The notes beneath the pieces were generated by a model, which saw only the letters and a program-made list of their open reading frames with translations, did no database searches and was not told the origin of the DNA. Below, in pieces: positions 12,801-26,999 of a stretch of DNA of 64,000 nt. Source of the stretch: Hamiltosporidium tvaerminnensis FI-OER-3-3 (taxonomy: Eukaryota; Fungi; Microsporidia); NCBI GenBank assembly GCA_022605425.2, contig CM061254.1, positions 434,001-498,000 of the forward strand, given 5' to 3'. Position numbers and translations under genes: made by a program. How positions within the stretch are numbered: position 1 is the first letter of the stretch; each line of letters opens with the position of its first letter.

Positions 12801-14338
12801 GGCATATACACTAATTAACTTATCTATTTTTATTTTGACACATCATAAAACTGCATCATTATCTATTTCTCTAATTTTTTTGAAGTTATCTGTAAATGTA
12901 AAATATCATTTTATTTTATTTTGTTCGAATATTTTTTCCGAGAATTTCTTTCTGTTCCATAAATGGTTGAATCAAATAAATTTCAAAATATTTTTTCAGT
13001 AATTTATTCATATTCTAATGCAATTCACAAAAAACTTTTGCTTCGAATATTCAATGAAACGTAAGATCGGTTTAAACTAAAGCTTTCCAACAAAAAGAAG
13101 TAAAGGAAATTTAAGACTAATGGTTTTAAGTGATATAATATGCAACGTACAAATAAACTTTTTTTTGGCAAAGTAATCGTTTCACACGAACAGAGATAAA
13201 AAAATAAAAAACGGAATGCGATGAAAACAGATGATAAAATTTACCAAAAATAACGCGCTTAAAATCCAACAGATTAAAAGCAGTCGAATAGATTAGAAAA
13301 TATGAAGCTAAAAGATCTTGGGATTTTAATGAGGCAATACCAATGCTGACTAGAAATCGGATATGAAAGGCTAAAAATACTAGGAAACCGAAAATTTTAT
13401 ATAAAAGATAATTGCAAATTGTGAGAAACTAAAGCTCTGCTAATGAAGCATAATCGATTAAATGAATGGATCCTCATTTTTTGAATGAAATATTAAATGC
13501 TTTCACACTAATTAACGACAATACAAGATAATTTAATGAATAGGTATATTCTTTTTTTAAATTAAATCAATTTAAGTATAAAACTATCAATGTATTTCAA
13601 ATCGAAGTTTACTTTAAACATGCTTATTAAACAATATCTATATCTTAATATGTATGGTCTCGGTATACATTCATAGCATAAAGACATAGATGATTCTTGT
13701 TTGCATATTTACTCAACTTTGTTCATTGTATTTTTCTTTAGACAATGCAATAACGATATGAATGGCAAAAAATATTTTGCAGTTTATCTTTAAAATATTT
13801 ACTTAGAACAATAAAAATAATAAATATTTAATATTTTGCGCAATTAAATAGATGAATTATAAATGAGAGTCCTTATGATATATTTACAATAATACATATA
13901 TAGAATTTTATAAGAAAATTCAAGCTTGAATTACGTGTTTTATATGTATATATTATCGATAATAGTTAGCTTTTTAAAATATGAAAATAAAAATATGATG
14001 TAATATGAGTTAGAATTTGTCATAAAAATTAAATTAAAATTACAATAATTTACGCTACAAAAACCATAATGAAATGCTAAAAAAACAATATTTAGATTTA
14101 AAAAACACATATCTGTTACTTATGATTAAATATAGTTTGTATTTTAAAAGTTTATGAAAATAATATACATATAAAGATTATCCCAGATTTATTAGTGGAA
14201 TCATCATTCAGTACATTATTTATTTTGGAATTTTATTTCCAAATAAAGGAATAAAAAGAATCAATTAAATTTAAACTTTTGTTTATCCGCTATTTAAGTT
14301 ATAAAAATCTTGATAGCACTGATTAGGTTTGGTGAAAA

Positions 14339-14350
14339 GTATATAAAGGA
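14339..14350 (+). promoter_or_regulatory. TATA box (GTATATAAAGGA) ~27 bp upstream of ATG 14367
   Basis: Canonical TATATAA. A near-identical motif precedes the ricin-like gene at 34946. Confidence 0.55.
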
Positions 14351-14366
14351 GCTAGAATGACGTAGG

Positions 14367-15089
14367 ATGTGTATTATTACCAAACCATTGCAATGGTTAT
14401 TATCTTCATCGCTATTACTAATAATTGCACTTGGAACTCTAGGATTTTTATCATATAGATCAGCAAGTAAATATATAGAAAATCTTGAATCTGACTACAA
14501 GAAAATATCCGAATTAGATTCTTTTAGAACACTCGCGGGTGATTTGAAAAGAGAAAGAATTGCTTTGCTTTCTGAAATGAAAGATGATATTAAATTTACA
14601 GTTTTTAAGATAAAGGATGCAAATGATCGTAAAAATTTACTAGATGCCTTAGACAAGAAAAAAAACGGTGAAGTGCAAGAAAGTTCCAGTATTTTAATAA
14701 GCACCAATACTGCTTATATCATCCCAATAAAAAGACCTAGTCGTCTTGGTGATATAAATTTTTTAACCAAAGTCGGGTTTCTATTAAAGAAAAAAACAAC
14801 AATGCAAACAATTAGCGAACTTGCAGCATATATCGGGAAAAAACCGAAAAGTTCTGATGATGCCAACAAAACAGTTATGATTTTCTTTAATATTATCGAC
14901 GAAAAAAAGGTTGGGATCTTTTGCGTTGAATCAGAAGATGGTGTTGTTAAAAAAACGAATAAAGAACAAATATTTATTATCAAACATCCCAGTAAAAATA
15001 TCAAAGGAGAAATCTCTGATTTTATCGCTTATATTATTGAAAAAAACCGTAAAGAAGAATCCAAAACAGAGAAAAAGACAAAACAATGA
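14367..15089 (+). CDS. Uncharacterised protein with N-terminal signal anchor/peptide (240 aa), Lys-rich
   Basis: Long ORF in stop-rich DNA. Hydrophobic N-terminus (WLLSSSLLLIIALGTLGFL) followed by a charged helical body. TATA box upstream. No family recognised. Confidence 0.85.
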   Translation: MCIITKPLQWLLSSSLLLIIALGTLGFLSYRSASKYIENLESDYKKISELDSFRTLAGDLKRERIALLSEMKDDIKFTVFKIKDANDRKNLLDALDKKKNGEVQESSSILISTNTAYIIPIKRPSRLGDINFLTKVGFLLKKKTTMQTISELAAYIGKKPKSSDDANKTVMIFFNIIDEKKVGIFCVESEDGVVKKTNKEQIFIIKHPSKNIKGEISDFIAYIIEKNRKEESKTEKKTKQ

Positions 15090-16218
15090 TGAAGTTAAAA
15101 GAAAGACAGTATTAAAAAGTAAAGTTTATTCCATTTTTTTAATTTTTGACATTTTTTTGCTCAAATATTTTAATATTTTATACCATCTCATTTCTTTATT
15201 TTACACTATATGGTAATCCATTGACCCATGGAAAGCCTATTTTAAATTTATATTATAACCAAAGAAAAATATAATAGTAGGATTTTGATTACATAATTTG
15301 AATTAAAATAAAGATTTAGTTGAAGCTGTTTTTAAATGAGACTACATATTCAATGCTGTATTGTTGACCCCTATATCTACTGTACTCTGTTTGATCTATT
15401 CGTTTTGTTTAAACTACCAAATTTTTAACTGCCGGTTAGTGCAATCTTTATTTTTCGTTTAGAAAGTTTGCGTGAGGCTGAAAACTTAATCTTTCAAGAA
15501 AATTGTCTTTCGAACGCCTATAACTTAGCGAAGCTATAATCTATCGTTGGATTGTGTTTCATCCCTAGTAAATGTGCAAGCTATTATAAAAAAAACAATT
15601 ACCTACAAACTCTACCGGAAACGTTTCGGAATACATTATAGCTCTGTTTTACAAGAAAGAACACCTAAAATACTAATCCTAATAACGAGAATATACTTCG
15701 AATATATATGTAGAGGAATAATGTGAAAACATTTATACTAAAGCATCTATCGTCCGTTTCGACATTTTGTAACTCAGAAGCAAATTTAGCGAACAAATAC
15801 GACATGTATAGGAACCCTTACAGGGAATTAACAAATATTAATTTCAAAATAAAGTTTTTTACTCAATAGAGTAAATAAAAATATGATATTATTCTAAAGA
15901 ATCAATTTTATGTTCATTTACGCGCATTTTAGGGTTCGGGGACAGTTTAATACACAAAAGGTATAAAAAACAACTAATGTCAAAAATTTCTGATAAAAAA
16001 AATTATCAATCTTTACAGGAAAAATATATTTCTGATTATGATAATTTAATTGGCTTGAATTTTTAATTAATACAATATTTGTATCAGAGTCATTATTAGA
16101 AATCCCACTGATACTTTAAATACTAGAACTTATAAAAAAACACAACATATTGCAACCGTCGTAGAATCGCTAGCCCAAAGCATCTTACTAAAATGAAAAG
16201 CGATGCTCTGTTTTCTTT

Positions 16219-16290
16219 CTTACTTACTTACATATTCCGTTTCTCTTTTACCTCTTACTGTCGAGGATGAACAAAGGAATGTTTTCCATT
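16219..16290 (-). repeat. Dispersed ~70-bp repeat, probable retroelement 3' end with (GTAA)n tail (copy A)
   Basis: Reverse complement AATGGAAAACATTCCTTTGTTCATCCTCGACAGTAAGAGGTAAAAGAGAAACGGAATATGTAAGTAAGTAAG matches 25911-25985. Confidence 0.7.
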
Positions 16291-16586
16291 ACTTTCTTTT
16301 AATCAGTTATAACTTAGAATATAGGGGATTATCCTATAGATCTGGTGTCGTTTATATCCCAAAACGATGGCAGTAATGATTTTAATACCAATTATACACA
16401 TTCATTACCAATCAGAAAGTTTTTATGTATTTATCCTACCAGCACCAATTAAAAATTAATTATTTTGCTATATTTAATTAATTATTTCGGCGTTCTAAAG
16501 ATATTTTTATTTTTAATATTATCATAAATTATTTAGATTTTTTTATATAAAAATTAGTATTTAGATAAGAATCTTTTTCGGCAAAA

Positions 16587-17396
16587 ATGAATCATAGAAA
16601 AATAATATCACCAAGAAACTCGAAAATTTCTTTGCGTTTGGTTATAAACAGGCCAAAAGAACGCAAATGGTACAATATAAAATATAGAGAAGCCAAAAAA
16701 TTTATATTGGAAAAGCTATTTTTTGTTCTATACGTAACAATAGATTTGATAATCATTTATATACTAGAAAGGTTTTTTAAGATAAACATACAAATAAGAC
16801 TTTTATTTTTCGTTGCTATGGCACATATATATCAGAAAACATATGACTCGTTTATTGGCTTTGATTTCTATAAGCGCTTGATTCCTAACGACAGGTACAA
16901 ACTTATGATGAAAATATGTATGCTTGGGACATATTTTTTACGCATATTTGCAGATTTTCCATGTAAGAATACTATTCCCCTGAATTTAAGAATACACAAC
17001 AAGTACTTTTCTCTAGCATTCGGCACGATTTGGTCTATCGCATTATATTTAGTTATTCATTTTACTATGTACGCACCATCATATTTTGTTTCTGAGTATA
17101 GAAATATTTCGGGTGCTCTAATTTCGTTTTTTATTTTTTTGGATTTCTTTATTATAGTGAATTCCTATGAAATGACGCTTTTGCTCACAAATATGTTTAT
17201 AAAATTTGAATTTCTAACACTGGCACCTTCTTATCTAGTCGTCGGGTTTCTGTTTTATAAAGACGCAAAGTTTTATTGTGCAAATCATAATTATTTGCAC
17301 TAGATTATATATTTGTCGGTTTATATTTGCCTACAGTGGCCTTTTTTGGTAAATATTTTTAAGTATTTGGTCAATATTAATTTACTATAAAATAAA
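16587..17396 (+). pseudogene. Multi-pass membrane protein family paralog 3 with a single in-frame TAG (17301-17303)
   Basis: ORF 16587-17303 (238 aa) carries all family motifs. Reading through the TAG gives IIYLSVYICLQWPFLVNIFK...* ending 17396, matching the paralog C-terminus DILRSIVYICIQWPF. Confidence 0.8.
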
Positions 17397-20300
17397 CTGA
17401 AAATTCAATAAGTATTCTTATAATTAAAGTATTATTTATTTTTTTGGAATACTAAATTTCGAAGAAAAAACTTTATATTCTATTCTAACTCAGCGTGGTA
17501 GTATTATTACCAGTTAATATGCAATGTTGGATATGTAGAGTCTACTCAGATTTTTACACAATTCCGAGACATAAAATATTTAATTTAAAATACAAAATTA
17601 ACAATAGAAACAATTCTATGCTTGCAGTAAAAATTTTAAAATGATTGATTTACCTTGCTTATATTTCTTAGGCTTGTCATTCTTAGAGAACGAAATAGAT
17701 CCACAGACCAATTATTGCGTAGTCTTTTTAATTCATGGCTCTCTTTAGACATTTTTTCATTGGTGGGCTAATTATAAAATGAAACCTTACTCTAAATGAG
17801 TATATGAATTCTAAAAATTACAAAATAAGCTTTTTTTCTATGTCTTTTAAAATATACGTATGATAATTAAATAAATATAGAAGTTATTTATACCAATAAT
17901 CATTGTACTTTCGATATCATTGGAGTCCAAAGTATGTTAAAACCGAGAATCCAAGGATCCTCTATCAAACAGAGAAAATAAGTTTCCCACAAACAATTTA
18001 CTGATACTATTGCCATTTGTGTCAGGTTTAATTCATATTCGGTTCAAAAATCGATTTTTAGATGACAAAATGATGTTAAAAATCATGTAGCAAAAGAATT
18101 TGGCTTTAATTTCAACAACTAACAAATGTAAAACTAATAATATATTGTTTTTTTGTTGTTTTAACTCTTTTATAACTGCCAGGTACATTCAGAGAAGTTA
18201 TATTTTTTAGACTTGCTCAAAAAAGCATGATCAATAAAATTATAAAAATTCTCTACATTTATTTATCCCTTTCGATCATTTCTGTACATTGAATTCAACA
18301 GCGAATTAGACGAAACCAGAACTTCGACTTAGACTTCTTTTGTGCTTCTATTCGCTTGCATCATGATTTTTTTGCTTTTAATTCTATATAGAATATTTTT
18401 TTTAAATCTTGAAAAGTAAGCTGCAGACGCTTGGCGTTTAGGAGAATATCTTCTATAGTGTGCCGTTTCTAGTTTTCTTCTGATATATACACATAAGCCA
18501 TGGTAAATAGATTGTATAATGAAACATCCTTTATAATCTTCTAAGAATATAATAAATACATTTGTGTAAAGTTATAAGTTTCTCCTTAAAAATATAATTA
18601 GCTACATTCTCAGAATATTTTCAACTAGAAAGTTAATTTATAATATAATAACTCATCAGCAGGAAAATTCTTTAGAAAATGTATTCAAACTGTGTATAAG
18701 GTGTAGAAACAAGTAACCATTTGATATAACTGGTTTTACTTTATGGCAACACCCCTTGAATTCATGCAAATTCACCGGCTTTGTATATAAACTATGGGTA
18801 ATTACAAATTGAGTTGATCATCTAACATTGACATATCTTTCTTTAAATAAATACTTTCAATTTTATACAAAATATTTTTCTTGTCCTAAATTCCGAATTG
18901 GATCTTTCTATTCATACGGGCTCTTTAAAACTCTTTGTTTGCAATATATTGATAGAACTTGAATATTTCAATAAGTAATTTTAGAAATACTGGTTTCTGA
19001 TGTCAAAATATATTTTAATAAATATTTTAAAGTCAAATTCGAAAATATTATTTTATAGTTTTTCCTTGCACGTTGATCTTTGTTCTATTTCTACGTGCTT
19101 CTTTATAACATACTCCCGCCTTATTATATATGTGCGTCTTATATAATCGAGAAATATATCTTAGAGTCTATGTATTTACCAGTGATTTGTCAAAAAAACA
19201 AACTTATATTGAGGATCTATTCGATTTTCGAGTTAAAATTACTGCCTTTCCAAATTTTTTTTGTAAAACTTTAATTTTTAGAAAAATATCACTCAAGTTA
19301 TTGTCGGCAAGATTTTGGTTAATAGAAATAGCTCGTGAATTAAAGCGAAAATCGCCGAGATACGGCATCGTTTCTTTTCTCGTATATTTTCCTATTTATC
19401 TTGAGCTAATCTTTTAATACAAATTGATGCTTACAATTACTTCCAATTTTTCATTGCAGTACATTTAAAATACGGTCTGGGTTTCTAAGCAGAAATCGCA
19501 GTGTAAATATATTACAAAAAAGGTCAAATTGTAGCTACTTGTTGACGTTTAAAGAGTTATTAAATAAGAATGAGTCATCTATATTTTTCTTAAGGAATGG
19601 CTTCAATACACAAAAATAGAATAATATGCAATCATTCACAGAAGAATTTGATTATTGCCCAGAATAGAGGTCATATGTTAAGAAAGTACTAAATTGTTGC
19701 AAAGAAAAAAGATATTTTTAAACATATTTGTTTTGTGAGATTTTATTTCTAGATTATGGATTAAAGAAAATTATTTTTTAAATGGCGAAAGGTAAGGAAT
19801 ATTCACTGATACGCTTATTGATCTCTAGGGAATCACCAAATGCTTTTTATTTTTATTTTAAATTTTTCGGCAATCAAAATTTCATTTGATTGATTTATTC
19901 ACATCAGAAAATGTTTTTTCAAAATGTAAAAGTCAAAATTTTTAAAGTAAATAGTATAATTGACTATAATACAAGGGCCGCTAAGCTTTTTATTTGCCGT
20001 CTGAAAACTCATTGAATCTTATGCCAAGACACTAAAAAGTATTTCTTAAATATTAATTATTGTCGTACCAAATATAGAGTTTGCCTATATAGATAGTCGT
20101 TTAGACCATAAACTTAAACAAAAATATCGATTAACAAAAAATCTTAGCAGAAGAAACATTAAAAAGGCGAAAAAAATTAATAGAAAAAACCAAAAGAAGT
20201 AATAAAATGCAGAAAAAAATAAAAAAGAAGTAAATTTAGAATGTAAAAAGAAAATAATCAACATTTAGTCTATAAAAGTTGATTAGTTAGCATTTACGAA

Positions 20301-23300
20301 TAAATATAAATATTATTTAACTTTTTTCATTAAAAACTTTGCAAGTATCATAACCCACTTTTCTGTAATATTCCGGTTTTTTAATTCTTAAAAGTCATTC
20401 ATTTTGTTTCTACTGTCAATTGGTTATAATGCAAAGACATTCAATTTAGTACACGCCTCTTGATCAAAATGCTATACTTCTGCAATATACATTACCCTTT
20501 TCGTCAACGCAAAGACAAACGTCTATATATCCCATATCAAGACTTCCAGAAATATAAATAGTGGCTTGTTACTTCCCGCTATTACAAATGGTATACTTTT
20601 ATCTTATCGGTAAAATTTAAATTGTATTCACTTACCAAGTGTTTTATACCATTTTGTATACTTCTTCGTTTTTTGTAGAAAAGGCTGTAAATGCAATATT
20701 TGTACATTTCTTTAGCTACAATTTTCAATTTGGTAAAATATATATTGGCCTCAACCATAGTTTATCTTTTCAAATACAATTTTATAAAGAATTTTAATCA
20801 AATTTTCGATTTTTATAACAGATTATTCCTTTCAATATTTAATCTGAAGTAAAATTATTGAGTCTTTAAATTCGAAATTTGTTTGGAGGATGTATTAACT
20901 ATTATCTTTAAGCTTAATGTTATGCAAACAAAGGAGTTTTATGAAAACGAATTATTGAGCTCAGGCCGTTATCGCGGCTGCTAAGCAATCATGAGATTTT
21001 CATATCTAAACATCTGCTTGGTGTAGATAAAATGTTTTAGGCTGTTATATTTATAAAGGCAAACGAAAAAAGAAATTTTGTATGTAGATCAAGAACTATA
21101 CAATCCACATATCTATTATATATATTTGAATGGTTTAAAAGGTTAACATAATTTTTTTTAAGATATTCTACGAATGTCTTCAAATGGCAGGCATTATTTC
21201 TAAAATAAGACTGATGCTTAATATATGCTTCGGTTTACAATTTGTAGTACAAGCGTTAAATGTATTCGTTTTGACTCGATACTGCTATTTTAGAGGTTAC
21301 ATAAATTACTTTCATTCCAATTCGATCAGGTCTGTGAGCTGCAAAAAGATATAGCATGTTGTTTTTCAAATTCGTATTCCGCGACCGTCTCTTTATAAAT
21401 ATTTTTCCAATCGAACAATTTGTCGTTTATTTACTCGTAAGTTATTGTTTCTTCTAAAAAAAGCAATGTTTTCCCTGCAAAAATAACCAAGAAGATGTAT
21501 TATTTCGTTCGGATAGGTATGCTATCATCAGTTTTCATTCTAACATAATTAAAATAACCTTCATGTGATTTCATTTTTGCCGTATTCCCTTATAAAACTA
21601 TATAAATAAAAATATAATGAACTTCATACAGAAAGTTCTGCCGAAAAAAAATGAATCAAGAATTTTAAATATAAAAAATTTGTAATTTTAATCTATAAAA
21701 AGCTTGAAAAAACATTTTTTCGGTTCCTTTTATGGGTAAACTACATATGTGTTCGAAAATTTTTACTCTCTTTTTTTAAACGTATTAATCTAATCTAATG
21801 TATAAACCAATATTTCATTTTATATTCTAAAATTCACTTTTATTGGATAGGCAGAAATTAATAGCTAAAAGTCAATCATTTTAATTCACCTGTTCTTTCT
21901 ATTTTAAACACATGAATTTTTTTTAATCGATCTGGTTTTGATTAAAATACGTAAAGGTTTCATGTATAAATTTCTCTGTATAATGATTAAGCAACGCTAC
22001 TAGATTTTAGTATTAGGCAATGTCTCTATTCATACAGAGTTTGACTTGGTTGTATCCTTTTATTTACTTCCATACCAAAAGTCTAGCTTTGAAATATACT
22101 ATAAAGTACCGGGTTTATTTGAAGAGCAGAAATTGCTAAAAAAAAACAGATTTCGCAATTAACCGTGAAAAATTTATCTGAGTTTTATATCTTTTAAAAT
22201 ATCGAACAATCTGAAATTCTTATGCCAAAGCTTTTAAATGATTATTTACACATTAAGCTATTTGAAAACTAGCTTAAGATTATAAAACCAAGCTATAAAT
22301 ATAAAAATTGCAAAGATATTGTAGTTTTAAAAATTTATTAAATTACTTATGACTTCTAGTTGAATCGTTTTGCGTAGAAATTGTTTTGTATCGTATATTT
22401 TCCTGTGTTCGGAAATATAATATTTTAATCTCTCATTTGTGGGTTGCTTTTGAAGAGATATAAAACGAGAGAAAATATTGTCTCACGATAATTCTGTGAT
22501 CTCGTATCTTTCTAAAACATTTTTATTTATAGGTATCAGTCATTACAAACTTCTAGGTTTTTCAAGAATTCATGAATTTGTTTAAGATAATGATTCTTTT
22601 TTTGATTTTTTTTGTCGCAGATTTTCTTATTTGCCGTGAAGATAAAAATTATGTCTTATAAATGAGAATCTAAAGAAATTCAATTAATACCTTTGTTTAA
22701 TTATAAGTAAAAGCATTGAAACAGATGGATTGATCATGCAAATTCTACTAAATATTCTAGGATACTGTATCTTCCTAGTTCCTTGGAATTTTTAGATATA
22801 TACTTTCCTTTTTAGCGTAAATTGCAGAAATTTTACTTTTTTAGGTGGTATAAACACGAACATAAAATGGAATGTTTTTCTGGACTAAACATTCTATTTT
22901 TAAAATATTTAACAAGCCAATAATTATTTTTTGCTTTTAAGAAAATTTAGGACCAAATTATTGGTAAGTAAAAGCTGCTTTTCTAGAAAAATATACTAAT
23001 AGATTTAAAAATTCTTTATTGCACAGATTTCACTTCTATGAACAATTTATACTATTGTCTATAGAGAAAACTTATTTTTCTAATAGCGAATTTCAGGTGC
23101 TAATAGAAAATTCATCATTTTAAACATATAGTCAATTCATCTACTTTGAAAAATAAACATATTTGCCATCGAACAAAAATAGATCTAGTATAAATAAATA
23201 CATGTGATTTAAATTTCATATAGATCTCATGGTTATTTTCGTTACAACAATATAATGCTAAAAGAGGCGGTAAATACGTCTTTCGGCAGTACAAATTTTG

Positions 23301-25910
23301 CGATTTTATAAAAAAACACGATTCTTTAAAAGGTTATAACTTTCGAGGCTGAAAGATAGATTAATTGTCTTTAAAATACGTTATAATAAAAACCAATCTC
23401 TTTATAAAGTTTTTGATAATATATTATACTTTAGTAGATTATGAGGTCAATGCAACTTGCAATATACTCAAAATGGCAAAATAAAACCATTAGGAGATAT
23501 CTTCGAATGAAAAAAAATTATGGTTTCACATTTTTTAATTTTTTTTTACGTTTTACCTAAATTTAACTTATTCTAAGCTTTATTCCAAACGGATAATTAA
23601 TTGATTATTATATAAATATATGGTAAACCTGAAATTTAGTTTCAGTACTTCCATCTTAGGAAAACAACTCAAATTTTTTAATTCTAAGGAATAATTTAAA
23701 ATTTGCATTTGTAAAATTTAATATATTATTAACTACAATAAAAATATTTTTTATTATGTTACGTCTCTCCAGATATCGATAAAGATGAAAATATATGTTT
23801 TTTGATTATGTTTGCTAATTTTTGGAAATAATTTAATGAGAAAGAAAGTATTTTACTAAAATACTTGCAGGATTTTAAAAAGTGGAATCAAAAGCTCGTT
23901 GATATCCATTATTAACTGATAACTGTATTATTTCGTGTTACTACAAGAATAAAAGATTGCTTTTTTATTTTACATTCGTTGTCAGTACTTTTAAATATCG
24001 AAAAAAAATTGGCTTGTAAGTTTTGTATTTTGATTCTTTTCTGATTTCTGATATCTCATTCCTGGTACGAGTCCAAATAATATATGATTTTATCTCTTAT
24101 TTTAAACATATGTGTAAACAGGCAATTGGCAATATTATAACTTAAAAAATATCTTATATGCATAGGATTAATATTATAATAAACGCCTTGCAATTTTTAA
24201 TAAACATTTTTGGCATTTTCATGGAAAATCAATTTAGACTTTAGATGAGAATCAAAATATTTTTTAATGAAAAAGCAAAAATTTTATCGAATTTTTGTTC
24301 TTATCTGCTATACAGTATCAAGCAGCAGTGTCTAATTTATTTTATGTATATTTAGAATATGATAAGAAGACAATGTGCAACCGATTCGGATAGTCTAAGA
24401 TAAGAGAATTCGAAATTTACGTTCATTATTATTATATGTTTACATCTTAATATGGTGAATTCACATTCTTGTTCATTCTAGAATATCCGTGGTGATGGTT
24501 TTTTTTCGATATTAATTGAGTTGGATCTCTTATTTTAATTATTTCTGGTTTGTTTATTCCGACATGGAACTTAATTGGAAATATTTCCATTTGATAAAAC
24601 AATTTTTAAGAAATACTTAGAAAGTATTTGATTAAATCTGCATATTCGGATTTTGCGAAATTACAAGTAAAGAATCGGAACTTAATAATATGAGTTAAAG
24701 AACTTTTATCGATCGATTCTATAGATTTTTTTGAACACAAATAAATCCTGACTTATATACCAATGAGTAATTAAATAGTAATACTGTTTCAATAAATTAT
24801 TATTTGGCTTAGATTTTAATTATAAACGAAAAAAAAGAAAAGATATTATAGATTTTTATAAAAAAAGTTTGTATATTCCACTAAGTCTTCGAAATTTTAG
24901 AAGGATAAGAATTTTACATAGTGAGGTTTCGATATATTTTTATATATGAATTCTTGCTTTGAGATATATTTAAAGACACGAATTAAGTAAAAAATTTTAC
25001 CTTTAATTTTTTATAAATTTACTAAAAACTAATATTTTCAACTTTTTTATTTAGTTATACATTCTAAAACTGTTTGTTCTTCTAAATATTTTATTCTGCA
25101 TTTGTGTGAAAATTTTTCTTTGTAGTGTTTAAAGGTGTATTAAAAGCTTTAATCTGTTTATATATTTTAAATTTAGTTTTATGTTTCTTTTTCATTATAA
25201 CCTCTATATCATTAGATTTTTTTAGATATAGAATTTTCCTTGTGTTTTCCGGCCTCTTTCTCTTCTCAAGTACTGTTTCGGATTCTATTGAATATTTGAA
25301 AATTAAATAAGAAACTAAACCCAAAAAGAGACATGATAATAGCATCCGAATATTTCATTGGGTCAAAGCTTATGAATATAGTTTAAGAGTCCCGATATTT
25401 TTAAAGACTAGCAAATCATTTAAACTAAAAAAAGTGGGGGGGGGGCAAAGTAACTAGAATGAAAATTCGATTTCTAAAAAGTTTATTTTGTTATTAAAAT
25501 AATCTTTAAGCGATAATAATACTAAATATAGCTTAAAATTAGTTGTAGTTTACTAAAACTGCGGCACGAAAATATACTTTGAATATTTTCAAGGTATTTG
25601 AAAAATATCCCGGTTTTTAAATTTAATTCCGGAAACTATATTCAATTGATTTATTGGATACTTCTAATTCTATTTTAAATCCTATAAATACAATTCAAAA
25701 AAGTTTGGCGTCATTTAGCCTTACTAAAATTTATCTATGTAAATTCTAATAAATGGGCGGAGAGAAGATAAACACATTAAAAACTTTCTACTTAGCAATG
25801 AGTTTGTAAAATTGGTGATTAAATTATTGTTGAGATTTTAATGGGATATAAAATACCTCTGATTTATGGCTAATCCCTCAAACTCGAGCTATAACAGATT
25901 AACAGAAACA

Positions 25911-25985
25911 AATGGAAAACCTTTATTTGTTCATCCTCGACACTGAGAGGTAAAAAATGAACGGAATAAGTAGGGCAAAGTAAGG
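25911..25985 (+). repeat. Dispersed ~70-bp repeat (copy B)
   Basis: AATGGAAAACCTTTATTTGTTCATCCTCGACACTGAGAGGTAAAAAATGAACGGAATAAGTAGGGCAAAGTAAG is an inverted homolog of 16219-16290. Confidence 0.7.
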
Positions 25986-26999
25986 TAAATTCAAATAATT
26001 CTTTTTAATTTATTTCGTACTAGCTTTTCATCGCCGTAGAAATAAAAATAATTTATAATTAAACAAATAAATGCAACCTAAAATTTGATCTTTCGTTTAA
26101 CCCTCATTATTTGGTTCACAATGACCGGTCTAATAATTTGGCACATAAAATCCCACCTGATAGTTTAATCGTATATTTTTATTATTTCATACGGTAATTT
26201 AAAGCCGCTTTTGAGCAGTCTCTGATAAAAAAAATACCGTCGTTTTCTTATCTGTCTACCTTGGGCTTTTCCAAGGCATCAGTTATGCATTTTCTGCTTA
26301 TTCTTTTCATTTTATCCCATGTTTTATTTTTTTTCTTTTTTGCAGTTGAAATTTTTTGCTTATAGGGCTTCTTTGTCTCAAAAAAATAATTTTTTAGCTA
26401 TATGCTGTATTGGAAAATTTAATACTTCTGTACAGTCTTTATTCTTTCTATTACAAATGTCCAGCTTTAAAAAGGTATATATGGGGACATAGAATTCAGG
26501 GGATTGGTATTTTTTTTGCTATTCTAAGTATATTTATAAATTTCTCACCGGAAAGACGTTTAAAATTCGATTCTACTCTGCAAGTGTATTTAATAGTAAA
26601 AAAAAACTCAAAAATTTTAGCACATACTGATTTAAATAATGAAATACCTATAAGACAAAAAAAATTATCAATCCTATTCTTGTCATGAAACTAAGGCTTA
26701 GAATTTTTAAAACAATGCTTAAAAATTTTTTTAGCGATCTAATGAAACTTTTATAAGTGCTTATGACCTACTTCTAAACATTTTTATTGCATTTTTAAGA
26801 TTCATTAAGAAACCATAAGAGTATTATTCTTAATTGAACACCATGGATAATGATGCTTAGATTTTTCTGATAAATTAAATTTTACGAGGTAATTTATCTT
26901 CTTCTAGACATTATTCCATTATATAAATGATTATCATAAATTAATTTAATAATTTCGATAAAAAAATGATTATAATTTTTAAAAAAATATTCTGTAAAA

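Noticed and set aside
12799-13002. Short ORF with weak resemblance to the membrane-family C-terminus (HFILFCS, NQIN)
   Set aside because: No ATG start, the other family motifs are absent, and the similarity could arise from AT bias.
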